NCBI GenBank assembly: GCA_963719445.1
Contig: OY970385.1
Span: 5,249,760 to 5,313,759 of the forward strand
DNA from: Bryobacterales bacterium
GTDB taxonomy: Bacteria; Acidobacteriota; Terriglobia; Bryobacterales; Bryobacteraceae
Reading direction: 5' to 3'
Length of the DNA stretch: 64,000 nucleotides
Position 1 is the first letter of the stretch. Each line of letters opens with the position of its first letter. The position numbers were made by a program, and so were the translations under genes. The notes beneath the pieces were generated by a model. The model did not search any database and had not been told where the DNA came from. It saw only the letters and a list, made by a program, of their open reading frames with translations. This document shows, piece by piece, positions 7,802 through 17,412 of this stretch.

Positions 7802-8947
7802 CTACTGCAAGTGGTATTGCGACCGGATCGCTTTGACGTTGGTGCGCGCCGATGCCTGGAAGGGGCCGGGAATGGCAGCGCACTGCTCGCTGAAATGCAA
7901 GGCGTCGCGGGCGCGCGCGGGCTGTCCGCTTTCAGCCATGCGGTAGTTCGCCAGGCCAAGGAAAAACAACGCCTGGGCCAGATAGCTCTTGTCGCCCTGC
8001 ATAGTCGGCAGCGCGGCGCGCAGCGACTCGTCCGCCAGCGCCCACTTGTTTTGGGCCGCGTAGCTCACGCCCGAGATCCACTCCGCGCGTCCCGTGATCT
8101 GCGTCTTCCAGGTCTGCCAGTCCGCGTCGGCCGCGCCTTCCGGCTTTTGCTTCGCATCGGCGGCCTGAATGGCCTGCCGCGCCACCGCGATCGCCTTGTC
8201 GGGCAGTTTCTTCTCCATGTAGCTCTGGGCGACCGCGAGCATCATCTCCTCGGAGGCTTGATTCGCGCTGAGACACTTGTCGGCGAACGCGAGTCCCTTC
8301 TCGTTCTGGCCCGCCTGCATGTAAGCCAGGAAAAGCGGCTGCGCAACCTGGGGCAGGTACTGGCTCTGGGGGTTGCGTGTCTCGAGCGCTTCGCCAAGCT
8401 CGATTCTCACCTTCGGATCGGTGCTCTGGAGCAGCGCGGCGTAGAGAGAGTACTCGGTGTAGACGTCGACCTGTTTGGCATAATCCACGTTGCGCTTCCA
8501 AGCCTCGACCTCGCCCGCGGCCGCGGGCTCCGGCGATTGCACCACCTTGCGGGCCATCTCCGACGTCGTGGCCGACCACTTCAACACCAGAGCGGGATCC
8601 TTCTTGGCTTCGGCGGCCTTGAGGCACTCGTGCGCGGTCGCGACGTCTGCGGGATCGATGGCGAGCAGCTTCTGGCCGGTTTCCAGCACCTTATCGCTTT
8701 GGCCGGCCTGGGCGTAGGCGGCGATCATCTGGTCGTAAACCCAGGCAACACTTTCGTCTTGGGGATACTGCGCGGCGAACTGCTCGAGTAAAGAGAGCCT
8801 CTTCGCCCCATCCAGCTCGTGCTGGATCTGTTGAATCAAGCGGCCTTCGGGCGCGTCGAGGTTGACCGCCGGCGACTGGCGCCGCTGCGCGAGCGCCAGG
8901 GGAGCGGCCAGCGCCATCACAAGAAGAACCGCCGAAATTCTAACCAT
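7802..8947 (-). CDS. Secreted tetratricopeptide-repeat (TPR) protein
   Basis: Start taken at the internal ATG (8947), which gives the signal peptide MVRISAVLLVMALAAPLALAQ. The rest is helical, Ala/Leu/Gln-rich and TPR-like. It is the last gene of the VWA operon, 5 nt after the upstream stop. Confidence 0.75.
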   Translation of the reverse strand: MVRISAVLLVMALAAPLALAQRRQSPAVNLDAPEGRLIQQIQHELDGAKRLSLLEQFAAQYPQDESVAWVYDQMIAAYAQAGQSDKVLETGQKLLAIDPADVATAHECLKAAEAKKDPALVLKWSATTSEMARKVVQSPEPAAAGEVEAWKRNVDYAKQVDVYTEYSLYAALLQSTDPKVRIELGEALETRNPQSQYLPQVAQPLFLAYMQAGQNEKGLAFADKCLSANQASEEMMLAVAQSYMEKKLPDKAIAVARQAIQAADAKQKPEGAADADWQTWKTQITGRAEWISGVSYAAQNKWALADESLRAALPTMQGDKSYLAQALFFLGLANYRMAESGQPARARDALHFSEQCAAIPGPFQASARTNVKAIRSQYHLQ

Positions 8948-8952
8948 GCCGT

Positions 8953-10830
8953 CTATTCTAGCCGAAACTCTGCTTCGCGCAGCGCTCGCCCGCCCGCCGA
9001 GTCTTCCACCGTGAACTCCGCCCGGTATGCTCCGGGCGCGAGCCCGGCCACCGGCAGCCTCAGCGCCACCGGAATCACCGCATTGCCCGCCTGCGCCAGA
9101 CCGCTCAGGTTCACGTTGCCCGAATCCCACTTCTGCTCACCACTGGTTCCATCCAGCAGCCGCAGGCGCAGTCCCAATTGCACCGGATCCTTCTCCTTCA
9201 GCAGCGGCTCGTAGACTTCCAGGTAGGCTTCCACCAGCCCGCTCCGTTGGAACCGATCCGTCCCCGACACAACGATCTGATTGCCCCGGAACACCAGCGG
9301 CTTTCGCCCTTCCTCGAGCACCGCATCCACGCTGTCCGAAGCCGTCACCGGCCGGACCTCGCGGCTCAACGCGATCGCGCTCAAACTGAGCTGGCCGGGA
9401 TCGTGGGGATCCACCGCCAGCGGCGTTTCCACTTTCCCGAAGCTGTCCTTCGCCGAGCGATAGACCACTTTGAAGTTGTAGTTGCCCGGCGCCATGTCGA
9501 ACTGGTGCTCGTAGTGTAGTGCTTTCTGTCGAAAAGTGTCGAAATCCTGCTGCGAGTCGAAATCGTAACCCACCTTGTCGCTGAAGCGCGCCGCCACTCC
9601 GCCGGCCAGCGTGTAGGCCAGGCCCAGCACGTCCAGGTCGGCATGCAGCTTGCCTCGCAGCTTCCTGGCCTCGAAGACGTGCGAAGGGATCTCCAGCGCG
9701 ACGTTGATCCGCGCCACGTCTTTGGCCGTGAAGAAGAACGGCACGGCGACTGAGGCTCCGCTTGCGCCGGGCGCGGCCGAGGCCGCCAGGTTTTCCAACT
9801 CCTTCTCGAGCGGGTTCGTGGCCACCAGGTTCACCGGCTTGATGTTGCAGTAGAGCGGGCGCGCCCGCACGCTCACGCCGGGCCGGTCCACTGTGACCTT
9901 CAAGGCGTGGCAACTGCCCTCCGGCGAATCCGCGGGCACGTAACCCAGGCTGTAGGATTCGTCCTGCTCACGCACCATGTCGTTCAAAGCGAGCAGCGGC
10001 TCGTTGCCCCGGCAAATCGACAGGCCACCGGTAGCCATCGCCAGGTTGTCCAGCCACCCTGTAGCGGTCGTGCAGCCCGCGGTGTAGGCGATCGGATAGA
10101 TCGCGACGTTCGCCCTCCGGAACGCAAGAACCAGGGGGTCGCGGGAGGAATCCTGGCTCGCGGGAAGGAAGGGCCGGAACACGGGCCTCCCCGAATTATC
10201 GAAGCCTGACTCGTCGGTGCGACCGCTGAAGTAAGCCACCACCTTGCGGCCCGGAACGTCTGTCAGATCCTTGGCCATAGCCAGCAATGCCGCAGGCGGC
10301 CCTGGCGCCTCGCCGCTCACGCCTCGGTCGAAGGGTATCGAGGACGGTTGGGCTTTCGTTCTGCTCACAACCTCCTGCAGACGAGCCACGTCGGCCGTGA
10401 AAGCCTGCTTTACCCGCAGGGCTGGGTTCGGCCACTCGTTCTCCATCACCGCTATCAGCCGGTCCGGTCCGGCATTCTCGGCGATGAACTTCAGTGCGGC
10501 CTGCCGGACCCACCCCTGGTCTGCCATGCCGAGCGATTTGTCGTCGAAGAACAGGACGAAATAGCGCCTCCGCGAAATCACCGGCGCCGCAACCGGCGTC
10601 GCCGGACCGGTCTCGGAGGAGAAGCCGGCCACCGGCTGCTCCTTGCCGTCCTCGAAGACGTGAAAGTCCTTCGCCGCGAGACCGTGGACCGACGCGCCCT
10701 TCTTGTCCGTCACCACTGCGTCCACAACCACCAGCCGCGCTTCCGCCCGAAATGGAACCGGGGGCCCGCTCTGCGCCCACATAGCGGAACAAACGCCAAG
10801 AGCCGCCAGCAGAAGATTCCGGTTCATCAT
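8953..10830 (-). CDS. VWA-domain protein with N-terminal VWFA-related Acidobacterial domain (paralogue A1)
   Basis: Signal peptide MMNRNLLLAALGVCSAMWAQ. FRAEARLVVVDAVVTDKKGASVHGLAAKDFHVFEDGKEQPVAGFS is the hallmark of the TIGR03436-type domain. VWA core (RYFVLFFDDKS...). Its start overlaps the upstream stop (ATGA). Confidence 0.85.
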   Translation of the reverse strand: MMNRNLLLAALGVCSAMWAQSGPPVPFRAEARLVVVDAVVTDKKGASVHGLAAKDFHVFEDGKEQPVAGFSSETGPATPVAAPVISRRRYFVLFFDDKSLGMADQGWVRQAALKFIAENAGPDRLIAVMENEWPNPALRVKQAFTADVARLQEVVSRTKAQPSSIPFDRGVSGEAPGPPAALLAMAKDLTDVPGRKVVAYFSGRTDESGFDNSGRPVFRPFLPASQDSSRDPLVLAFRRANVAIYPIAYTAGCTTATGWLDNLAMATGGLSICRGNEPLLALNDMVREQDESYSLGYVPADSPEGSCHALKVTVDRPGVSVRARPLYCNIKPVNLVATNPLEKELENLAASAAPGASGASVAVPFFFTAKDVARINVALEIPSHVFEARKLRGKLHADLDVLGLAYTLAGGVAARFSDKVGYDFDSQQDFDTFRQKALHYEHQFDMAPGNYNFKVVYRSAKDSFGKVETPLAVDPHDPGQLSLSAIALSREVRPVTASDSVDAVLEEGRKPLVFRGNQIVVSGTDRFQRSGLVEAYLEVYEPLLKEKDPVQLGLRLRLLDGTSGEQKWDSGNVNLSGLAQAGNAVIPVALRLPVAGLAPGAYRAEFTVEDSAGGRALREAEFRLE

Positions 10831-12572
10831 GGAATCTCCGCCGATCCGTTCGCCGCCGCGAGCTGCCGCCCCCCGGCGTCCCGCACCACCACGCGGATCA
10901 TATAAGCCCCGGCCTTCACGTCGAACTCCGCGCCAACGCTGATCCCCGTGCGCAGCCGCCCGGGCATGCTCTCTTCCTTCAACCGCATCTCCACCGTTTT
11001 CTGAATCCCCTTCAGGAAGTTGCCGTTCCGGTCGAACAGCGCGCAGACCACGGTCACGTCGTCGCGGTTCCTCTCTGCCTCCTTGTGGAAACGAACCGCC
11101 CTCAGGTCCAGGTGGGTGATGACCTTCAGCTTGGCGTCTTCATCCGTCGGCTTGAAGAACTGCGTGTGCAGATCGATCGGAATGTCGCGCACCTCATCGC
11201 GGGAGAACACCGCCTCCTGAATCTCCCGGCTGCTCTGCGCGGCTTCGTCTTCCACGTGCGACGGAGCCCAGTAGCCTTTGCGTGCCTTGATGGACAGCCC
11301 CTTCCCGTTCACCAGCGTCACTTTGAGCGCGTGATAGGTCCCGTCCGGCTTCAGATTCTGCGGATAGAAGCCGAGGTAATAAATGTACTCGGGAGGGGCC
11401 GCCAGGCTGTTGAACCCGGCGAACAGGTCGTTGTTGTTCCGGAAGGGAGTGCCCCCGGTGCCGTCCGCCAGCTCGTCGAGCGTCAAACCCTTCGCGATCT
11501 CCTCGAACCTGGCGTACTGCGAGATTTGTCTCTCGAGCGTGGGATCGGGCGGCGGGCAGCCCGGGATGTCGCCGACCGGGCTGGGAACATAAAGCCCGCG
11601 CGCATCCAGCGTGTTGATGATTACGCCGGAACGCGCCGACCGCTCGATCACCTGCGCCATGTCCGCACGGAGGTCGTTCGGCAGGTAAAACCCCGGCGAG
11701 ACCAGAATGATGTTGCGATCCCCCGGCATGGCCGCCAGGCGGCTCGCCATGGTCTTCAACATCAGGAGCGCGCTGCGGGTCTGCTGCCTGCCCTCCGCCA
11801 CCACCTGCCGCGCCGTGCCCCGCGCCATATCCGGCGCCATAGCCGCGGCGGGGCCGTTCAGTTGCAAGCAGTCGATGGTCTCGCCGATCGCTAATGCGAC
11901 CGCCGGATTGCTCGTGTTCATCTCGTCTTCTTCAACCTGGTCGGCCACGTAGTACGTGAGCGGAGGCATGCTGCGGCTGTGCGCCCCCGGCATGATCTTC
12001 AGCAGCGCCGCATCGAGCAGCGCCTTGTCATCGGTAAACTCGATCGAAACATGGCCCGAAAGCGTGTAGATCGCCGCCCGGTCGGTGGGGCGCATCGCTT
12101 GATCCATGTGCTTGGTGGCCGCCAGGCGGGCCTGCATCAGGTCTCCCGCCTCCAGATGGATGTCGTCGAAGATGTACGCGATGAAACGAGTGGGCATCAC
12201 GGTGGGAGCCTTCCCTGGCTCGACCGGCTTGGAGGGCTCTTCCAGCTCGGACGGCGCGCCCGTTTCCTCGGCCGCGGCGGCCTTCGCCTTCGGCACCGCG
12301 CTCCCTTCGGCTGAGAAGAGAGCCACCTGCTGCGCCTTACCCTTGTCGAAGACCTGGAAGTCCTCCTTACGCAGCCCGCCGACCGTCTTTCCCGCATGAT
12401 CGCGGACCACGACCGGCACGCGCACCATGTCCACCCGCGACCGGAAGACGGGCGTCTCGTCCCGCGTGGTGACCTCGGCGGCGTTCGGATTCGCCGGCGC
12501 GGGCGTGGGCGCCGGAGCCTGCGTCTGCGCCGCCAAAACAGCCACGAAAGACCCAATGATGATATGCCGCAC
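10827..12572 (-). CDS. VWA-domain protein with VWFA-related Acidobacterial domain (paralogue B1)
   Basis: MRHIIIGSFVAVLAAQTQA signal peptide. [48 protein letters not shown] core FIAYIFDDIH. The C-terminal domain is about 85% identical to B2. Confidence 0.85.
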   Translation of the reverse strand: MRHIIIGSFVAVLAAQTQAPAPTPAPANPNAAEVTTRDETPVFRSRVDMVRVPVVVRDHAGKTVGGLRKEDFQVFDKGKAQQVALFSAEGSAVPKAKAAAAEETGAPSELEEPSKPVEPGKAPTVMPTRFIAYIFDDIHLEAGDLMQARLAATKHMDQAMRPTDRAAIYTLSGHVSIEFTDDKALLDAALLKIMPGAHSRSMPPLTYYVADQVEEDEMNTSNPAVALAIGETIDCLQLNGPAAAMAPDMARGTARQVVAEGRQQTRSALLMLKTMASRLAAMPGDRNIILVSPGFYLPNDLRADMAQVIERSARSGVIINTLDARGLYVPSPVGDIPGCPPPDPTLERQISQYARFEEIAKGLTLDELADGTGGTPFRNNNDLFAGFNSLAAPPEYIYYLGFYPQNLKPDGTYHALKVTLVNGKGLSIKARKGYWAPSHVEDEAAQSSREIQEAVFSRDEVRDIPIDLHTQFFKPTDEDAKLKVITHLDLRAVRFHKEAERNRDDVTVVCALFDRNGNFLKGIQKTVEMRLKEESMPGRLRTGISVGAEFDVKAGAYMIRVVVRDAGGRQLAAANGSAEIP

Positions 12573-12581
12573 GAAACCCTC

Positions 12582-14309
12582 CTATGGAATCTCCGCAGCG
12601 CCGTTCGCCGCGGCGATCTGCTCTCCTCCGGCGTCGCGAACCACCACGCGTATCAGGTACGCCCCAGTTTTCACATCGAACTCAGCCGGCACGCTGATAC
12701 CCGCGTTCAGCCGCCCGGGCATGCTCTCGTCCTTCAACCGCATCTCCACCGTCTTCTGAATCCCCTTCAGGAAGTTGCCGTTCTGGTCGAACAGCGCGCA
12801 GACCAGCGTCACGTTGTCGCGGTTCCGCTCTGCCTCCTTGTGGAACCGCACCGCCCTCAGATCCAGGTGGGTTATGACCCTCAACCTGGCGTCTTCGTCG
12901 GTCGGTTTGAAGAACTCCGTGTGAACGTCGATCGGAAGGGTGCGCACCTCGTCGCGGGAGAACACCGCCTCCTGGATCTCCCGGCTGGTCTCGGCGGCCT
13001 CGTCTTCGGAATGCGACGGCGCCCAATACCCGCGCCGCGCCTGAAGACTGAGTTTCCCGGGTAAGCTCACGGCGACCTTCAGGGAATGGAAACTGCCATC
13101 GAGCTTCAGATTCTCCGGCTCGAAGCCCAGAATGTAAAGGTACTCGGGGGTGGCCGCGCTTTTCCGGACACCGCCATCGAAGTCGTTGTTGAGATTCACG
13201 GTTCCGCCGGTCCCCTCGCCCAGCGCGATGAGCTCATCGTCGGCAGCCGACCCATCCAGTTGCCTGAAAGTCAGCACGTCCGGTGGAGGCGCGGGGCCTG
13301 ACTGGTCGACATCGAACGCCGGATTCGTCCAGACGCCGCGCGCATCGATCACATTGATGAGCACCTTGGACCGGATGGCGAGGGCAATGAGATCGGACCC
13401 CTGGTCTTGAAGGTCGGCCGAGACGAAGAATCCGGGCGAGACCAGGACAATGCTCCGCTGTCCAGGCAGGAGCGCCATACGCCGGACCAACTCCCGCAGC
13501 GCCGCGAGCGCCGCTCGCGATTCCTGTTTCCCGTTCATGAAAGCATCGCGGATTTCCTCCACCGCGATATTGAAGGCATCCGGCGTGTGCAGACAGCGGG
13601 CGACGTCAAAAACCGCGGCTTTGAGCGCAACCGAGCGTTGAACATCGTCCGCCATGGGATGAAGCGTGACCTGTTGCTCGACCTGGACCGCCTGGGAATA
13701 GCTGATGTAGAAACACGAGCGGAGGGCAGAGGAGGTGAGTGGGCTGGGACGGATCTTCAGGAGCGCCTCGTCGAGCGTGTCCGGCTTGTCGGTAAAGTCA
13801 ACATTGTCCTTGCCCGAAGTGGTGACCAGAGCGGCGCGGTCTTCCGGCCGGAGCGAGGAACGAAGATAGCGCCGGACGGCATCGCGCACCTGCGGCAGGT
13901 CCTGGATTCGTATATGCACATCGTCGAAGACGAAGGCGACGAAGCGGGCGGGCGCGACCGGCGGCGCCGTCACTCCGCCGGAAGCGGTGGACGGCGGGGC
14001 CTTCTGAGGTTGCGCTTCCTCGGCGGCTGTCCCGGCCGCTGTCTGGACGGAAAACCGGGTGATTTCCTGCCGCTTGCCCTTGTCGAAAACCTGGAAGCCT
14101 TCCTTGCGGAGATTCCCGACCGCGTTTCCGTTCGCATCGCGAATCACGACCGGCACGAGCACCAGGTTCACGTGCGACTGGAAGACGGGTGTCTCTTCCC
14201 GCGTTGTGATCTCGGCGAGGTTCGCATTCGCCGGCGCAGGCGTGGGAGACGGAGCGGGCGTCTGCGCCGCCAGAACGGCCGTGAAGAGCCCAATGAGCGT
14301 GAATCGCAC
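12582..14309 (-). CDS. VWA-domain protein with VWFA-related Acidobacterial domain (paralogue B2)
   Basis: I place the start at GTG 14309 ([19 protein letters not shown], parallel to the B1 N-terminus), preceded by AAAGGAGG. The track ORF extends to 14417. [48 protein letters not shown] core [10 protein letters not shown]. Confidence 0.8.
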   Translation of the reverse strand: MRFTLIGLFTAVLAAQTPAPSPTPAPANANLAEITTREETPVFQSHVNLVLVPVVIRDANGNAVGNLRKEGFQVFDKGKRQEITRFSVQTAAGTAAEEAQPQKAPPSTASGGVTAPPVAPARFVAFVFDDVHIRIQDLPQVRDAVRRYLRSSLRPEDRAALVTTSGKDNVDFTDKPDTLDEALLKIRPSPLTSSALRSCFYISYSQAVQVEQQVTLHPMADDVQRSVALKAAVFDVARCLHTPDAFNIAVEEIRDAFMNGKQESRAALAALRELVRRMALLPGQRSIVLVSPGFFVSADLQDQGSDLIALAIRSKVLINVIDARGVWTNPAFDVDQSGPAPPPDVLTFRQLDGSAADDELIALGEGTGGTVNLNNDFDGGVRKSAATPEYLYILGFEPENLKLDGSFHSLKVAVSLPGKLSLQARRGYWAPSHSEDEAAETSREIQEAVFSRDEVRTLPIDVHTEFFKPTDEDARLRVITHLDLRAVRFHKEAERNRDNVTLVCALFDQNGNFLKGIQKTVEMRLKDESMPGRLNAGISVPAEFDVKTGAYLIRVVVRDAGGEQIAAANGAAEIP

Positions 14310-14448
14310 AATAGCCTCCTTTTGTCTCGCATGCCACGGGGAGCAAGTTGGCTGCCATCGGCTAAACCCTAGTAATCTGACCGGATACTGCATGACAGCA
14401 TGGTGTCGTGCCACCACATTGGTTGTTTTCGGCCACCGGAGCGCCCGG

Positions 14449-16803
14449 CTACGGCTCCAGGTCGAAGTCGGCCGACCGCAACACGGTCTGGTGTCCCATC
14501 GAGTCGACCGCCCTGACTTCAGCCCGGTAGGACCCCGGAGCGAGTGACTCGACCGGCAGCTTCACGCCAATCGGGATCATCGGACTGCCCGGCCGGATCG
14601 CGGTGGCTACGCTGAACAGCCCCTCGTCCTTCGCCACGTTTCCGGTCTTGCGGTCGAGCACCCGAAGCTGAAGCCCCACCTGCGGCGGATTCGGATCGAG
14701 AAGGAGCGGCTCATAGACCTCGAGGTACAGCACGCCCAGCTCGCTCTTCTTCATCCGGTTTGCGGCGGCGGGAATGACCTGCATGCCGTCGGCCACCAGC
14801 AGCGTCCGGCCCTCGAGCAGCGCCGCGTCGAGGCCTTGCGCTTCCGCCAGCCGCTGAATCCTCGTGCTGAAGGCCAGGCTGCTCAGGCTGAACTGCTTCC
14901 CGTCCCAGGCATCCACAATCAGCGGCGTTTCCAGTTTGCCGAACTTGCTGCCCACACTGAACACGATCTTGAGAGTGTAGGAACCGGCCGCCACATCGAA
15001 CTGGTTCTCATAGTGCATCGGTTTCTGAGCGAACGCCTCCAGCTCCTTCTTGTTGTTGAAGTCCAGCTTCACCGTGTCGCTGAAGCGCGCCCCGGTCCTG
15101 CCATCCGCCTTGTACGCGACACCGAGGACGTGCACCTCGGCGTGCAGTTTCCCGTTGACCTTCTGCGTTTTGACCTCGGCAATGGGAATATCCATCGCGA
15201 CATTGACCCTGGCAGTGTTGGGCGAGATGTAGAAGAACGGATCCTCCACCGAGCCGCCGATCTCTCCGGGTTCGGCAGCGGCCACGCGGTTCTCCAGGTC
15301 CTTTTCGATCGCGCTGCCCGCCAGCAGGTCCTGCGGAGGAACATTGCAGTAAGCGGTGCGCGATCGCAGGAGCGTTCCACTGCGGTCCACTTTCACCCGC
15401 AAGGAGTGGCAGCTCCCCTCGGCCGTCTCGGCCGGGGAATAGCCGATGAGGTAGTACTGGTCCTGGTCTTTGGCGATTCGCTGCAGGGCGCCCAGCACGT
15501 CGTTCGTATTTGCGATCACGAAGCCGCCGGTTCCCTGGGCCAGCATGTACATGACCTGCTGATTGCTCGCAACGTTGGGGATCTGCGGGATCAGAAGCCC
15601 CGACCGGTTGAACGGGGTCTGATTGAGGGGTGAGTTCAGATAGTTGTTGGGATTGTTGTAAGCGCCGGGGGTGTTGCTGCCGCCCTTGGTTCCGCCGGTG
15701 GTGCCGCCGCCCTTGGTGCCGCCACCGCCGGTACCGCCGCCCTTGGTGCCGCCCGTGTTTCCGCCGCCGGAACCGCCACCCTTGGTACCACCACCGGGAG
15801 CGCCGCCGCCCGAACCACCCCCGCCGGTATTGCCACCGCTGCCGGGAGTGCCCCCACGCTGCGGCATCGCGAATGCCACCGGCGCCAGGCCAAACCCCGC
15901 CATTTGGAGGAATGGCCGGCCGCCGCCTTCCATACTCGCGGAGACGAAGCTCGATCGCACGACTCCACTCGGCGGATCAGCGGGCGGAGAGCTGAGGAAG
16001 GCGCGCGGCGCGGCCGAAAATCCCCCCCCGACCAGTCCCCGGGCGTCGATTGGGTAAACCGCAACATTGGCTTTGTTGCACTCACTGATAGTGGCCTTCA
16101 CCTCGGACATCTGCTCGGGCTGCAGCGGAAAGCCGGAAGTCAGCCACACCAGAGACTTGCGGCCGGAAACACCTGCCAGGCTCCTGGCCAGGCTGCGCAG
16201 GGCCATCAGGTCGCTGCGCACGCCGAAATCGGCAGCCGCGGCGCCCAGGTTGAAAGATGGCATGCCGGTGGAAGCGGTTTGGACCACGGTCTGGTCGTTG
16301 GGCGAGACCGCCGACATCTGCGCGCCGCTCACCGCCCGCTTCAGTCGTCCGACGTCGTCGGTAAAGTTCTGCGCAATGCGCACCGTCCCGGAGAAGTTGA
16401 CCACCGCGATCAGGCGGTTCGGCCCGGCGTTCGCCTCAATGAACTTCGCCGCGGCCAGACGCGCGTTGATCTGGTCGGCCATCGTCATGGTCGAATTGTC
16501 AAAGAAGAGGACCAGGTAGCGAAGCTGAGAATTCGTCGCAGAGGCGCCTTCCGTCTCGAGCGAGAAGCTCTTGATCTCTTGCTCCTTGTCGTCCTCCCAG
16601 ACCTTGAAATCGCTGGCCGTAAGGTCGCGAACGTAGTTGCCTTTCTTGTCCGTTACCACCACGTCCACCAGAACCAGCCGCGTCTCTACTCGAATAGTGG
16701 TGCCGGAATCCGCTGGAGCCGCGCTACCCGCCTGCTGGCCCTCGGCCATCAAACAGGCCCCAAATAGCGCACCGATCAGGACCATGCTGTGGGACAATCG
16801 CAC
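14449..16803 (-). CDS. VWA-domain protein with VWFA-related Acidobacterial domain and Gly-rich insert (paralogue A2)
   Basis: GTG start preceded by GGGAGG. Signal peptide. [48 protein letters not shown] core [11 protein letters not shown]. About 70-aa low-complexity GGTKGGG-type insert. C-terminal part is homologous to A1 (LEVYEPLL...). Confidence 0.85.
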   Translation of the reverse strand: MRLSHSMVLIGALFGACLMAEGQQAGSAAPADSGTTIRVETRLVLVDVVVTDKKGNYVRDLTASDFKVWEDDKEQEIKSFSLETEGASATNSQLRYLVLFFDNSTMTMADQINARLAAAKFIEANAGPNRLIAVVNFSGTVRIAQNFTDDVGRLKRAVSGAQMSAVSPNDQTVVQTASTGMPSFNLGAAAADFGVRSDLMALRSLARSLAGVSGRKSLVWLTSGFPLQPEQMSEVKATISECNKANVAVYPIDARGLVGGGFSAAPRAFLSSPPADPPSGVVRSSFVSASMEGGGRPFLQMAGFGLAPVAFAMPQRGGTPGSGGNTGGGGSGGGAPGGGTKGGGSGGGNTGGTKGGGTGGGGTKGGGTTGGTKGGSNTPGAYNNPNNYLNSPLNQTPFNRSGLLIPQIPNVASNQQVMYMLAQGTGGFVIANTNDVLGALQRIAKDQDQYYLIGYSPAETAEGSCHSLRVKVDRSGTLLRSRTAYCNVPPQDLLAGSAIEKDLENRVAAAEPGEIGGSVEDPFFYISPNTARVNVAMDIPIAEVKTQKVNGKLHAEVHVLGVAYKADGRTGARFSDTVKLDFNNKKELEAFAQKPMHYENQFDVAAGSYTLKIVFSVGSKFGKLETPLIVDAWDGKQFSLSSLAFSTRIQRLAEAQGLDAALLEGRTLLVADGMQVIPAAANRMKKSELGVLYLEVYEPLLLDPNPPQVGLQLRVLDRKTGNVAKDEGLFSVATAIRPGSPMIPIGVKLPVESLAPGSYRAEVRAVDSMGHQTVLRSADFDLEP

Positions 16804-16995
16804 GATTGTACCTCCCTCGCCTGGGCAGCCGCGCTGCTTTGACGCTCAGAATCCCATCCAGGTTACGTTGGCTCGACAACCGAGCCTGATTTTATCACGC
16901 GCCCGGCCGGGACTCCCGGGTCCGTAATCCGTCCGTCATCTCGTCCGGCGCCAATCGGGCGCAGCCGGGCCGCCCACAGCCGCCGAACTCCGCGA

Positions 16996-17310
16996 TTGCG
17001 TAAAATCAGGCGAGGGGTATCTATGCGACGGGGGAAATACAGGCCAGACAGGCGGCAGCCAGCACGGCGGCCGGCGCCGGCGCTGGCGCCGGTTCCACAC
17101 TGGGTCGATCTCAACTCAGCGACCGCGGGCGAAATAGAAAAGCTGCCCGGGGTGAATCTCAGCACCGCGGAAGCGATAATCGCCCGGCGGCCGCTGCGCG
17201 GTTGGGACGACTTGCGCGGGTTGTCGGGAGTCTCCGAAGGGCTGATCAAGCAACTTCGCGCGACGGGCGCGCGGATTGCGCCCATGGTGCGGCCGGTCAG
17301 CGGTCAGTGA
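16996..17310 (+). CDS. ComEA-like helix-hairpin-helix DNA-binding protein
   Basis: VDLNSATAGEIEKLPGVNLSTAEAIIARRP...DDLRGLSGVSEGLIKQL is the ComEA HhH repeat signature. The exact start is uncertain. Confidence 0.6.
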   Translation: MRKIRRGVSMRRGKYRPDRRQPARRPAPALAPVPHWVDLNSATAGEIEKLPGVNLSTAEAIIARRPLRGWDDLRGLSGVSEGLIKQLRATGARIAPMVRPVSGQ

Positions 17311-17341
17311 CCGCCGAACGCCGCCCGCGGCTGTCCCCGTG

Positions 17342-17412
17342 GGACAGGCCTCCGGCCTGTCCACCCTGCGGCTGATGGCCGATGGCTGACGACAGGCACC
17401 TCCGGCCTGTCC
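17342..17412. repeat. Two REP-like hairpins (GGACAGGCC-TCC-GGCCTGTCC family) between convergent genes
   Basis: 17342-17362 GGACAGGCCTCCGGCCTGTCC (perfect 9-bp stem). 17391-17412 GACAGGCACCTCCGGCCTGTCC (imperfect), abutting the gltD stop codon. Further copies at 23725-23744 and 25811-25830. Confidence 0.6.

Noticed and set aside
5048-7883. Long minus-strand ORFs 5048-6067 and 6657-7883, and plus-strand ORF 7811-8791
   Set aside because: Each overlaps well-supported genes on the opposite strand (response regulator, redoxin/nuoI, TPR protein) and has shadow-ORF composition.
14330-14400. Sigma-54-like TGGCAC..ATGCT element between VWA genes A2 and B2 (minus strand)
   Set aside because: The GG-to-GC spacing is 11 nt instead of the required 10, and the -12 element is imperfect. 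No enhancer-binding protein gene is nearby.
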